From the IMG/VR virus record IMGVR_UViG_2534681737_000011: DNA of 35,827 nucleotides. The stretch is one strand, 5' to 3'. Origin of the DNA: a virus (Duplodnaviria; Heunggongvirae; Uroviricota; Caudoviricetes). A model generated the notes under the pieces. The model saw only the letters and a list, made by a program, of their open reading frames with translations, was not told the DNA's origin and did not search any database. The translations under genes and the position numbers were made by a program. This document shows, piece by piece, positions 8,122 to 17,645 of the stretch (position 1 is the stretch's first letter; each line of letters starts with the position of its first letter).

Positions 8122-8616
8122 ATGAGTTTAGAACTAATTCCCTTAGTAATTCGTAAAGGCGAAAAAGTCACGCTGGCGAATGAAGAGGGTGTAACAATTC
8201 AGGTAGGAAATAGTAAAGGTATCATTTATCAGGTTGATGATACTCCGGCTAATCATGAGATTAAAACTCTCTCGTTCGAGATAGGTAAATATACCATCGT
8301 AATAACTTTGGAAGAAGAACTGGTATCAATGCAGGAATTAACTGTATTGCCAGTCTTTGCCAAACAATCCAAAAAAGAATATCTGCGGGAAACTATCGCC
8401 TTAATCGAGCAAGTTATTTTCGCCCGTTTATCTGGGGACGAAGCCGCATTATCTGCAATGACAATAAAAGGGAACTCATTCGCCTATGAGTCATTGGGTG
8501 TTCTCCAGCAATTGAAGACTGATTATGAACGTCAGTTATCTAAATTAATTCAAGCCGAACGACGTAAGCAGGGAATTAGCCCGATTAAAAATATCAAATT
8601 ACGTCTTACGCGATAA
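8122..8616 (+). CDS. hypothetical protein between terminase and portal
   Basis: 164-aa ORF with AAGGGGTAAT ribosome-binding motif; function not recognisable. Confidence 0.55.
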   Translation: MSLELIPLVIRKGEKVTLANEEGVTIQVGNSKGIIYQVDDTPANHEIKTLSFEIGKYTIVITLEEELVSMQELTVLPVFAKQSKKEYLRETIALIEQVIFARLSGDEAALSAMTIKGNSFAYESLGVLQQLKTDYERQLSKLIQAERRKQGISPIKNIKLRLTR

Positions 8617-8626
8617 GGGGTAAATC

Positions 8627-10138
8627 ATGTTTAATCTTTTTCGACGCAATAAGGCGGTAGAAACTCCAGTTAAAACTAATCACCGCCAGCAACAACCAAA
8701 AATTTTCATCGATAAGCAAGTAGAAAAATTCCAGAAAGACCTATCTAAACGAAGTTTAGGTCTGGTTGGTGATCGCATTGATGGATCGCTTCAACAAGAC
8801 ACCATTACCGGAACCTTCAATAAGGCTCTCAAATCGAACGGTAAGCGCCTTTATGATCAGGGTCGTACTCTGGCTATAAACAATGCTGTAGGCAAGCGAT
8901 ACAAGCAGTATATCGTTGACCAAGTTGTTGGTACGGGGCTTGATCCGAAACCATCAATCGTTAAATCAAATGGCAAACTTGACACCGCACTGAATAAGCA
9001 GATCGAGAATGCTTTCTGGAAGTGGGCGCAGAGTGCTAAACGCTTCTCTCGCAACGGTCGCTTTAACTTCCGTGAAATGCTGGCAATGGCAGAATCTGAA
9101 CGTGTTCAGGGTGGAGAATGCTTCATCGTTTTAACCAAAGAGAACAATGAGTTACAAGTTTCTATTCTGTCTGCTGATAGGTGCGACTGGTCGCTTAGTC
9201 GTGAAATAAGCAAAGAACGTGCGATCTATCAGGGGATTGAGTATGACGTAGACACAATGCGCCCTGTAGCATACTGGTTTAGAAAAATCAATCTACTGAC
9301 TCAGACCTACACTGGCGAAAATTATCGCGTAGATGCTTCTCAGGTGTGCCACTACTACCAGCCACTGTGCGCGGAAAGTTTACGTGGTGTGACTGACTTC
9401 CTGCCAGTGATTAAGGATATTGCGCATCAAGAAGCGTTCCGCGAAACCGCGATCGTCCAGAAACGTATTGCAGCTAGCTCTATGGGCTTTATTGAACGTC
9501 CGAAAGATTCTGGTGACGATTTTGATACTGGTGAAGAGGATGAACAATATCAAGCGCCGGAAGTAGTACAGGACTTTGCACCGGGTACTATTCAGGAATT
9601 GCCGGAAGGGGCAACGATCAAGAGCATCCAGGCGACGCAAAGCGGTGATGATTTCAATTCCTTCAATGATGCGATGTTTACTAGCGTATCAATGGGCTTA
9701 GGCGTGTTCAAACAGGGCTTAACAGGAGATTGTTCACAGATCAACTACTCAGCCGCACGTTTTGGGGAACTAACCCAGCGTAACCGCATTAAAGCACTGC
9801 AAAACAAATTGATTGAAACAGTGGTATTGCCAATTTTTGAAGCATATCTACGCCATTATTCCGCGCGTGGTATTGTTCCGATTCGTATTACTGCAATTCC
9901 GCATATTATCGATAATACAACTATTATTCGTCCGCGTTTTGAATCCGTCGATCCTATTAAAGACGTAAACGCCGAGATTGCTTTAATTCAAAATGGTCTT
10001 AAATCACGTACTGCCGTTATATTGGAACGTGGTGATGATCCTGAAAAAGTATTCTCAGAGATTCAAGCCGAAAAGAGCGCACTAAATATTATCGTTAATG
10101 GCGAGGGTGAAGAAAAAAATTCCCCAGCCGATCCCTAA
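8627..10138 (+). CDS. portal protein (lambda-like)
   Basis: 503-aa ORF immediately after the terminase region and before the protease-capsid gene; size and position fit a portal; acidic C-terminal tail. Call rests mainly on synteny. Confidence 0.7.
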   Translation: MFNLFRRNKAVETPVKTNHRQQQPKIFIDKQVEKFQKDLSKRSLGLVGDRIDGSLQQDTITGTFNKALKSNGKRLYDQGRTLAINNAVGKRYKQYIVDQVVGTGLDPKPSIVKSNGKLDTALNKQIENAFWKWAQSAKRFSRNGRFNFREMLAMAESERVQGGECFIVLTKENNELQVSILSADRCDWSLSREISKERAIYQGIEYDVDTMRPVAYWFRKINLLTQTYTGENYRVDASQVCHYYQPLCAESLRGVTDFLPVIKDIAHQEAFRETAIVQKRIAASSMGFIERPKDSGDDFDTGEEDEQYQAPEVVQDFAPGTIQELPEGATIKSIQATQSGDDFNSFNDAMFTSVSMGLGVFKQGLTGDCSQINYSAARFGELTQRNRIKALQNKLIETVVLPIFEAYLRHYSARGIVPIRITAIPHIIDNTTIIRPRFESVDPIKDVNAEIALIQNGLKSRTAVILERGDDPEKVFSEIQAEKSALNIIVNGEGEEKNSPADP

Positions 10139-10183
10139 TAACCAACGGGGGCGCAATGCCCCCAATTAATTAAAGGTGATTAA

Positions 10184-12190
10184 ATGCTTAAATTTCGCCG
10201 CGATCTTAACGGTTACGGTGGAGTTATTAACGAAGGGCATAACGATCAATACGAATTTGAAATTGCTTTCTCCAGTGAACAGCCGTATCAGCGCCAATTC
10301 TGGGATGAGCAAAATCAAGAGATGGTGGTACTAGATGAAATTCTGGTACATACACCGGAAGCGGTTGATCTGTCTCGTCTGAATAATAACGCTCCGTTGC
10401 TGTTCAATCATAATTTCGATAATCACATTGGTGTCGTTTGTAACGCTCGAATCGATGCGGATAACGTAGGCCGTGCTCTGGTTAAATTCTCTAAGCATGG
10501 CACTTTGGCTAATGATATTCGCAATAAAGTCATTGAAGGTACGATGGAAAAAATTTCTGTCGGTTATGACATTAAAGAATATCACATCGACTACACCAAA
10601 GGACAATTGATTGTTACTAAGTGGGCACCCTATGAACTCTCATTTGTCACCGTTCCCGCAGACGATACGGTCGGTTTAAATCGCTCTCTAAATACTATCA
10701 CAGTTAATTTGGAGGCTAAACGCGATATGACTAAAGAACAAATCGAAGAAATCAAAGAAGAACAAGAAGCCGCTCAGGTTGAAGAAACTCCGGTAGAAGA
10801 AAATAAAGAATCGGAAGTTGAAGAAACTCAAGAGCGCCAAGTTGAAGAGAATAAAGAAAATGAAAATCTCGAAGACGGAAAAGACGCTGAACATCCTGAA
10901 AGTGTTGATGATGATAGTTCAACTGTTCGGGAAGAAGAAGAAGTAAAAGAAGAACGTGAAGCCGCTCCGGTTGAAGAAGAAAAAATTGAAGTGGCTGAAC
11001 GTTCCGAAGAAGACGAATTAGAAATTCGCGAAATTGCACGCGAACTAAATATTAACGAAGACGATGAAGAATTTAAACGCGCATTGACAAATAAAGAAAT
11101 TACGCCGGAAGCATTCCGCACTAAGGCACTAAATAATCTCGTCAATGCTCAACGTAATAACGAACAAATTAATAAGGAACAAATCATGGAAAAAACTTTC
11201 GATCTTAATAACGTAATCCGCTCCCTGGTAGATGGCGACGTGCTCGGCGCTAACGAAGCTGAATATTCCGCTATGGCTGCTACTGCAACTATGCAGCGTG
11301 GTCGTGCTGCTCGTGGTGGCTCTGTATTCGTTCCGGCTGCTGCTATGCGTGCTGCTGCTGCTGGTAACACCAAAGCTGACCTGACTGCTATCACCGACGA
11401 AAAACTGCTGACTGAATCCTACATCGAAATGCTGATGCCGGAATCCGTTCTGGGTCGTCTGGGTGTGACTGTTTACAGTGGCTTGACTGCTCCGACCGCT
11501 ATTCCAAAAATGACTAAATCCAGCGTTGACGCTTTCGGCTTCGTTGATGAAAACGGTGCTGCACCGGAAGGCAAAGCTGAATTTGCAAACGTGAAACTGT
11601 CTCCTAAGACTTTTGCTGGTGGCAACCCGATCAGCCGTCAGAGCATTAAAACCGTTCCGGGTATCGCTACCCTGATCACTGATCACATCAACCAGGCTGT
11701 TCGCATCAAACTGGAACAACTGATTCTGTCTGACAAAGACAATGAGCGCGGTCCTGCTGGTCTGGTTAAACAACTGGTTGATGCAAGCCGTGTTACTAAG
11801 AAAGCCGCTTTCAGCTACAAAGACTTCCTGAAAGAAATTGCAGCACTGACCGACGCTGGCGTTCCTGCTCAGGCGATCAAGTTTGCGATGAGCGGTGCAA
11901 CTGCTGCTGAACTGGAATCTACCCTGAAAGATAACGGTGTTTCCGGTTATATCATCGAAAACGGCAAACTGGCTGGTTACGATGTAGTTACTTCTGGTGT
12001 TATCCCGGCAGATCACATCGTTCTGGGTGACTTCTCCGGTATTACTATCGGTGAGTGGGGCGGTCTGGAACTGGATATGGACGACACCACCTACCGTGCA
12101 CAGTCCGCTATCGTTCCGCGTATCTGGGTAGATCTGGACTATGTTGTAACCCAGCCGGAAGCTCTGAAAGTTCTTCACATCTCCGAATGA
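10184..12190 (+). CDS. fused prohead protease / acidic scaffold-like linker / HK97-fold major capsid protein
   Basis: N-terminal about 170 aa match the HK97-type prohead protease pattern (LLFNHNFDNHIG ... SVGYDI ... ELSFVTVPADD); Glu-rich low-complexity segment at about 10730-11070; C-terminal about 330 aa capsid-like. Ends in TGA-A. Confidence 0.75.
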   Translation: MLKFRRDLNGYGGVINEGHNDQYEFEIAFSSEQPYQRQFWDEQNQEMVVLDEILVHTPEAVDLSRLNNNAPLLFNHNFDNHIGVVCNARIDADNVGRALVKFSKHGTLANDIRNKVIEGTMEKISVGYDIKEYHIDYTKGQLIVTKWAPYELSFVTVPADDTVGLNRSLNTITVNLEAKRDMTKEQIEEIKEEQEAAQVEETPVEENKESEVEETQERQVEENKENENLEDGKDAEHPESVDDDSSTVREEEEVKEEREAAPVEEEKIEVAERSEEDELEIREIARELNINEDDEEFKRALTNKEITPEAFRTKALNNLVNAQRNNEQINKEQIMEKTFDLNNVIRSLVDGDVLGANEAEYSAMAATATMQRGRAARGGSVFVPAAAMRAAAAGNTKADLTAITDEKLLTESYIEMLMPESVLGRLGVTVYSGLTAPTAIPKMTKSSVDAFGFVDENGAAPEGKAEFANVKLSPKTFAGGNPISRQSIKTVPGIATLITDHINQAVRIKLEQLILSDKDNERGPAGLVKQLVDASRVTKKAAFSYKDFLKEIAALTDAGVPAQAIKFAMSGATAAELESTLKDNGVSGYIIENGKLAGYDVVTSGVIPADHIVLGDFSGITIGEWGGLELDMDDTTYRAQSAIVPRIWVDLDYVVTQPEALKVLHISE

Positions 12191-12325
12191 ACTAGCGTAG
12201 AACCTTCTGTACCTTCCCCCGATTTGGGGGAAGAAAATCTGATTCCATCTCAGGAAGAAGAATCCCAGACGGTTACGGCGAAAGCCACAGCTAAAAAGGT
12301 GGGACGTCCACCGAAAGCAAAATAA
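12191..12325 (+). other. stop-free in-frame extension after the capsid TGA (44 codons, ends ...TVTAKATAKKVGRPPKAK)
   Basis: Translated directly: TSVEPSVPSPDLGEENLIPSQEEESQTVTAKATAKKVGRPPKAK then TAA; same frame as the capsid gene; contains the 24-nt block at 12272-12295 that is identical to 18186-18209. Confidence 0.5.
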
Positions 12326-12330
12326 TAATT

Positions 12331-12357
12331 AGCCCTGCCTAACGGTGGGGCTTTTTT
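12331..12357 (+). terminator. rho-independent terminator after the capsid gene and its extension
   Basis: AGCCCTGCC-taac-GGTGGGGCT (two G-U wobble pairs) followed by TTTTTT; near-identical to the terminator at 18239-18267. Confidence 0.7.
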
Positions 12358-12387
12358 GTATGTAAATACTCCATAAAGGGGGTAACT

Positions 12388-12678
12388 ATGTTCAAATTAT
12401 CAGAATCACAATTATCAAGAATGTTTAAGAGTGCTCCTGTATTTGTGGTGGAAGGTGGTAAATCAATTCGTGCTTATCATGAAATTACTACTACCGACGA
12501 ATCAGGTGTAATGACAGAAACCGAATTTCTATTCTGTCGTGAGGGAGACTTAAAGCAAGGTGATATTGTCACAGTAGAAAACCAGCGTTTCAAAGTTCAA
12601 TACGTTAAGCGCAATGGTGACAATACTTGTGATTGCTTTATCACTTTAGCAGGGGGTACACATGCTCGCTACCGTTAA
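12388..12678 (+). CDS. small virion or head-tail joining protein candidate
   Basis: 96-aa ORF with AAGGGGGTAACT ribosome-binding motif, immediately downstream of the capsid gene; function inferred from position only. Confidence 0.5.
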   Translation: MFKLSESQLSRMFKSAPVFVVEGGKSIRAYHEITTTDESGVMTETEFLFCREGDLKQGDIVTVENQRFKVQYVKRNGDNTCDCFITLAGGTHARYR

Positions 12679-13084
12679 TAATATGCCGAGACTGAAAATC
12701 AAACGCGCCTTGCAAGATATTATCGAACAAGATTTAGGTCTGGCTTTAAACGTAGAACAAACTCAGCAAGGCTTTAGTGATGACGTGGTTTGTTGGATCA
12801 CCGGAATGAATGAGACTTACACTAGGGTCCGTGGTGGTAATGCAATGCAAGCTGAATGCGTTATCGAAATGCAATTATATTCTCAGATTCATGAAACCAA
12901 AATTCATGAGGGTATTTGCCAGATAATCCAGATTCAGCCGGATAACCCACGTTTTAAAGATTTGGGCTTCTCTATTTCAGATATCACTCCAGTAGCCTCT
13001 AATACCGATTATGACGCTGATTCTAGTGATGGGGGTATCGTTGGGACACTTAGTCTTAAATTTTCTTATCTAGCGCGTTTTTAA
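12662..13084 (+). CDS. small virion or head-tail joining protein candidate
   Basis: 140-aa ORF overlapping the previous gene by 17 nt with a GGGGGT ribosome-binding site; position suggests a connector or completion protein. Confidence 0.5.
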   Translation: MLATVNNMPRLKIKRALQDIIEQDLGLALNVEQTQQGFSDDVVCWITGMNETYTRVRGGNAMQAECVIEMQLYSQIHETKIHEGICQIIQIQPDNPRFKDLGFSISDITPVASNTDYDADSSDGGIVGTLSLKFSYLARF

Positions 13085-13093
13085 GGGGTAATA

Positions 13094-13927
13094 ATGAATA
13101 TTACACAAGATAACTTAGATATTTTCACTGGATCACATGTTGAAGTGTCGATCTCTAACCAGATAGACAATCAGGTCGACTTTTTCGATCCTAGCTTTAG
13201 TTCTATGGAGAACATCGCAGCATTCCCTACGCTAACCGAATCCACAGAGATAGAAACTCTGGAAGAGTACGATCAGGACGCTACGGGGAAACTTGCTGGT
13301 TATCGTAGACTGGAACCGACGACACTCACATTAAACCGTGTTCTTGACGATGAACATCAAGCAATGTTGATGAAAGCGGTAGAGGATAAAACACCTTTAC
13401 GCTTCCGTATGTTCTATGTTGTGAACTCTGGCTATAGTGCTGCTAACACTGGTTACTATGTCATCTATGATGCTTATGTCACTAGCCATAAAACACGAGG
13501 CGGTGATAACAAAGCTGTAACTATGGAATTCAAACTTGAACCAGATGGCGGGATTCTTGCAAGGGGTATAGCGACCGAGGGAAAACTCATCCGACAAGGG
13601 GATTTTGGCGTAGGCTCAGGCGTTAGCCCATTCACCGGACCTATTGATAGTGAATCTCTGACAGGAAACCGCTTTGTAACCTACAAAGGAACGGCTAGCA
13701 CTAACCCTTATGGTGCTGATACATCGTTAATTCATCTTCAAGCTAATGAGCATGGCGCATGGCAATTAACGTGTAATACTTCCGGTGCTCCACGTTTGCG
13801 GGTACGAAATATTCAGGACAACGGAAAATCGGAATGGATTAAAGTCTATACAACAAACGAGAAGCCTACGCCAGCCGAAATTAATGCGGTTGCTAAGACT
13901 GATAGAATCGACTTCGGGGAATACTGA
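13094..13927 (+). CDS. putative virion structural protein (unassigned)
   Basis: 277-aa ORF with AAGGGGTAAT motif; ends in TGA-T followed three codons later by TAA. Confidence 0.5.
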   Translation: MNITQDNLDIFTGSHVEVSISNQIDNQVDFFDPSFSSMENIAAFPTLTESTEIETLEEYDQDATGKLAGYRRLEPTTLTLNRVLDDEHQAMLMKAVEDKTPLRFRMFYVVNSGYSAANTGYYVIYDAYVTSHKTRGGDNKAVTMEFKLEPDGGILARGIATEGKLIRQGDFGVGSGVSPFTGPIDSESLTGNRFVTYKGTASTNPYGADTSLIHLQANEHGAWQLTCNTSGAPRLRVRNIQDNGKSEWIKVYTTNEKPTPAEINAVAKTDRIDFGEY

Positions 13928-13953
13928 TCACTTCTCTAAATAAAACATGACGC

Positions 13954-13986
13954 GGGGAGGTTAATTCCTCCCTTATTCCTGTTTTA
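13954..13986 (+). terminator. hairpin plus T-rich tract, terminator candidate
   Basis: GGGGAGG-ttaa-ttCCTCCC followed by TTATTCCTGTTTTA. Confidence 0.45.
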
Positions 13987-14001
13987 TAGTGAGGTGATTC
14001 A

Positions 14002-17000
14002 ATGGAGTCTATCCAATTTAAACGCACACAGACGGCTGGTAAAAAGCCAACGCCAGAACAACTGGCACAGGGTGAGGTAGCAATTAACCTTGCCGACCAC
14101 GTAATTTACACCAAAGACAAAAATAACGCAGTAGTTCAAATCAGCGTTTCCCCAGAAAGTCATAATGCTTTAAACACGAAAGTAGACAATAACAAGAAAA
14201 CTACTGATTCTACTATCGCGGCAAATAAAACCGAAGCTGCTAACGCTCTGGCTACCGCTAAATCTGAACTGAATAACACTATTAACACGAAAGATACAGC
14301 GACCAATAAGCGCATTGATGCTACTAACACCACTGTTAGTAACTTAACCCAGACAGTCACGGCAAATAAAACCGACGCTGACACCAAGATCAATAACCTT
14401 ACGGGGACAGTTGCGGCAAACAAATCAGCTATTGAAACTACCGTAGCGAATAACAAACGAGACGCGGACAATAAAATCTCAGCTTTAACCACTACGGTTA
14501 ATGACAACAACACCGCGATCAATAGCCGTGTTGATACCACTAACACCAATGTTAGCAATCTGACCAAAACCGTTACAGCTAACAAGTCTGATGCTGATTC
14601 CAAGATCTCCAGCTTAACGAGTACCGTTGCAGCTAACAAATCAGCCATTGAAACTACGGTAGCGAACAATAAACGCGATGCTGATACGAAGATCACCAAC
14701 TTAACCAACACTGTTAATAGCAACCATACCGCCATTAACAACAAGGTTGACCAGAATAAAACCAGCACAGATGCAGCGATTGCAGCCGCTAACAAGCGAA
14801 TTGATGGTATTGAAGGTAGCAACGATGCTCTTTACATCAAGAAGAACACAAATACCTATCATCACGGCTATCTGTTAACCAAAACAGCTAACTATTTTGA
14901 TGATGCTGGTGCTCGTAACCTTGATTATTTTGGTGCGTTTCGTCCGAACAATGCCGAAGGTTGGGGTAACTTAATCCTTAACATTCCTCATTCTGGCGGT
15001 AAAGCACACGGTCGCGGCTTTGAGTTCCATTATGGGTCTAGCTCATCTCAGGTTAAAACCTATGGCTTTGATAAGGACGGTAACAAGAGATTCAGCTATC
15101 GCATGTACCATGAAGGTGATAAGCCGACTCCTGATGAATTGGGTGTGTATAGTAAAGCCGAAGTTGATCAGATGTTCATCAAGAACGTTAGAATGACCGT
15201 TCCTTCTGGTGATGCTACTCGTGGATACTTCAAGATCGCAACCGCTACGATCCCACAGAATGGTCGAATGGTAATGCTTCGTATCTTCGGTGGTAATGGT
15301 TATAACGTTAACTCTTATGATCAGGTTGACTTTGTAGAAATTGTCATCCGTTCCGGTAACAATAACCCGAAAGGCGTTAGTATTGCTGCTTATCGTCGAA
15401 ATGCTCTGAACGTTCATCAAGTATTTGCGGTTAATACTTCCGGTGATAACTACGATATCTACGTTAACTACGGTCGTTACACCGATAACGTTATTGTCGA
15501 ATACGGTAAAACTGATGGCGTTACTCTGACAGTACATGATGTTCCTGAATTAACTCTCGTTAAACCTTCTGTTGGTGTTACCGATGCTCGTGTTATTACG
15601 ATGTTCAACACCGAAAACAAAGCCGGAACGTTGATGTTTGATAATAACGGTCAAGGAACGTATGATATTATCAGTCTGAATAACTCAACTGATACAAATA
15701 AAAAATATCTTCGTAAATTCCGTAGCAAATCAGCCGAAACAATTTGGCATGAAGTTGTTGAAGGTAGTGTCTATCGTTTAGCTACTGGTGTTACTGATAC
15801 AGCGGATCAATTAAAAATTGATTTTAATGGTGTTACTGTAAACCGCCTTTTTGTTAAGGGTAATAACGCTATTAGAATGGAACGCCGCGACGGGCAAAGT
15901 AACTATATCGAATTCTTTGATTATCGTTCTGGTGCTAATCGTCGTCAGGGTTATCTAGGTTATGGTGATGGTACTACTAACACTGTACAGTTAGTAAATG
16001 AATTAACGGAAGGTAATAACTCTGTAAGACTGGATGAGAACGGTCAAGTTTCATTATCCACTGGCAAAACAAAAATTGTGTACACAAACGGCGAATATGT
16101 TGCTGCATACGCTAACGCATTCCGTATGATTTACGGTAACTACGGTGCATTCTGGCGTAATGATGGTGGTAAAGTTTATCTTCTTTCAACTGCCGAAAAT
16201 GATAAATTTGGTGGCTGGAACGGCAACCGACCATTCATTTACGATTTGACTACTGGTAAAGTTACTTTAGGTGGTGATGGTAACGAGGGTGCATTAGTTC
16301 TCGAACGAGATAGCCGTGCTGCTCGATTTGCTGGTGATATTTACGTCGGTAAAGGAATGTTAACCTTTGATGCTGGTCGATTAAATTCTCGCGACTACTT
16401 CCGGTTTAACCATTGGGGCGATAGCAATAACGCTCGTGATAATATCTTACAGCTTGACGATAGCAAAGGTGCACACTTCACCACTGAACGTACTTTAGCA
16501 ACTGGTGCGATTAAAACTAAATTCTTCGGTGATTTAGAAGCTGCTGGACAAATTCGCTGGGGTAAAGGTACTGCAACTTCTACGTTTAATATTCGTGCAT
16601 GGGGCGCTGATGCTCGTAAACAAGTGTTTGAATGTGCTGATGAAAGCGGTTGGCACTGGTATACCCAACGTGCTGGCGGTCCTGGTACTGAATTAATCGA
16701 GTTTGCTATTAACGGTACTGTTAAGCCTAAAGCAATCCACACTGGAGGCAATATCACCCTGAATGGTGCTGATATTGAGTTTAAGCGCACTGGTAACAAG
16801 CATTTATGGTTTAGAGATCCAAACGGCTTAGAGTTGGGTCTGTTGTACTGCGATGATGCTGGTGTTATGCGTATGCGCGGTGAGAAACAAGCCGAAGTCT
16901 GGAAATTCGGCGGTAAGATGATTCACCTTGAAACGGGCACTGTATCCGGTGGCGGTAATGGTCTTATTCGTGGTAGCGTTGCTGGTGGTAGTTGGGCTAG

Positions 17001-17589
17001 CTGGCGTGATCGTGCTTCCGGTATTCAGGTCGACTGCCAGCAATCAACCGATTCCGCTCATAACATCTGGAAAGCAACCCATCAAGGTAAATATCATATC
17101 GCCGCAATGGGTGTACACGTTCCTAGCGGTACTATCGGTAACGCTCTTGTTCGTCTCCATGTTCATGATGCCGTCTTTGACTTTAACGCATCCGGTGACA
17201 TGACGGCAGGTCGTAACGGTAGCTTTAACGATGTTTACATTCGCTCTGACTCTCGTCTGAAAATTAACAAGGAAGAATTACAGGACGGTGCATTAGAGAA
17301 AGTAAACTCCCTGAAAGTATACACCTACGATAAAGTTAAATCTCTTTCTGATGACACGGTAATTAAACGCGAAGTAGGTATTATTGCTCAGGATCTGGAA
17401 AAAGTATTGCCGGAAGCAGTAGGTATTCAATCTACCGAAGATCCAGAACATCCAGAAGCAATCAAGACTATTTCTAACTCTGCTGTCAATGCTTTAATCA
17501 TCAAGGCTATGCAGGAAATGGATGCTAAGTATCAAGCTAAGATTGATGCACTGACTAAAGAATTAGCCGAACTCAAAGCAACTAAATAA
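14002..17589 (+). CDS. long tail fibre protein with C-terminal S74-type intramolecular chaperone domain
   Basis: 1195-aa ORF with GAGGTGA ribosome-binding site; N-terminal repetitive T/N/K/A-rich region with two tandem units of about 72 aa; C-terminal SDSRLK motif followed by a coiled-coil tail, as in self-cleaving fibre and tailspike chaperone domains. Confidence 0.8.
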   Translation: MESIQFKRTQTAGKKPTPEQLAQGEVAINLADHVIYTKDKNNAVVQISVSPESHNALNTKVDNNKKTTDSTIAANKTEAANALATAKSELNNTINTKDTATNKRIDATNTTVSNLTQTVTANKTDADTKINNLTGTVAANKSAIETTVANNKRDADNKISALTTTVNDNNTAINSRVDTTNTNVSNLTKTVTANKSDADSKISSLTSTVAANKSAIETTVANNKRDADTKITNLTNTVNSNHTAINNKVDQNKTSTDAAIAAANKRIDGIEGSNDALYIKKNTNTYHHGYLLTKTANYFDDAGARNLDYFGAFRPNNAEGWGNLILNIPHSGGKAHGRGFEFHYGSSSSQVKTYGFDKDGNKRFSYRMYHEGDKPTPDELGVYSKAEVDQMFIKNVRMTVPSGDATRGYFKIATATIPQNGRMVMLRIFGGNGYNVNSYDQVDFVEIVIRSGNNNPKGVSIAAYRRNALNVHQVFAVNTSGDNYDIYVNYGRYTDNVIVEYGKTDGVTLTVHDVPELTLVKPSVGVTDARVITMFNTENKAGTLMFDNNGQGTYDIISLNNSTDTNKKYLRKFRSKSAETIWHEVVEGSVYRLATGVTDTADQLKIDFNGVTVNRLFVKGNNAIRMERRDGQSNYIEFFDYRSGANRRQGYLGYGDGTTNTVQLVNELTEGNNSVRLDENGQVSLSTGKTKIVYTNGEYVAAYANAFRMIYGNYGAFWRNDGGKVYLLSTAENDKFGGWNGNRPFIYDLTTGKVTLGGDGNEGALVLERDSRAARFAGDIYVGKGMLTFDAGRLNSRDYFRFNHWGDSNNARDNILQLDDSKGAHFTTERTLATGAIKTKFFGDLEAAGQIRWGKGTATSTFNIRAWGADARKQVFECADESGWHWYTQRAGGPGTELIEFAINGTVKPKAIHTGGNITLNGADIEFKRTGNKHLWFRDPNGLELGLLYCDDAGVMRMRGEKQAEVWKFGGKMIHLETGTVSGGGNGLIRGSVAGGSWASWRDRASGIQVDCQQSTDSAHNIWKATHQGKYHIAAMGVHVPSGTIGNALVRLHVHDAVFDFNASGDMTAGRNGSFNDVYIRSDSRLKINKEELQDGALEKVNSLKVYTYDKVKSLSDDTVIKREVGIIAQDLEKVLPEAVGIQSTEDPEHPEAIKTISNSAVNALIIKAMQEMDAKYQAKIDALTKELAELKATK
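14320..14750 (+). repeat. two tandem copies of an about 216-bp coding repeat inside the tail fibre gene
   Basis: Protein units IDATNTTVSNLTQTVTANKTDADTKINNLTGTVAANKSAIETTVANNKRDADNKISALTTTVNDNNTAINSRVD and TTNTNVSNLTKTVTANKSDADSKISSLTSTVAANKSAIETTVANNKRDADTKITNLTNTVNSNHTAINNKVD; also visible at nucleotide level. Confidence 0.75.
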
Positions 17590-17596
17590 TAAAAGT

Positions 17597-17622
17597 CGGG
17601 GGACTAGTTCCCCCGTTATAAC
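17597..17622 (+). terminator. hairpin after the tail fibre gene, weak terminator candidate
   Basis: CGGGGGA-ctagt-TCCCCCG followed by TTATAAC, a short U-tract. Confidence 0.4.
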
Positions 17623-17645
17623 AAATTCAATTAAGGGGTAATTAT

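Noticed and set aside
10140-10170. Hairpin GGGGGC-gcaat-GCCCCC after the portal gene as a terminator
   Set aside because: It is followed by AATTAATT rather than a U-run and sits immediately before the ribosome-binding site of the next gene; more likely an mRNA structural element than an efficient terminator.
10688-12178. Minus-strand ORFs (10688..10894, 10752..11039, 10828..11145, 11129..12178, 11149..11394) inside the protease-capsid gene
   Set aside because: Antisense to a confidently called structural gene; the translations are low-complexity (poly-Leu, poly-Ser, Phe-rich) mirror images of the Glu-rich and Ala-rich coding segments.
13925-13939. Third TGA-terminated structural gene (13094..13927) as another readthrough site
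   Set aside because: The in-frame continuation is only three codons (SLL) before TAA and the TGA is followed by T, a stronger termination context; it serves as a negative contrast to the capsid and major tail cases.
14160-14822. 220-aa minus-strand ORF within the tail fibre gene
   Set aside because: Antisense shadow of the repetitive fibre coding region; translation is poly-Leu/Val/Ala low complexity with no ribosome-binding site.
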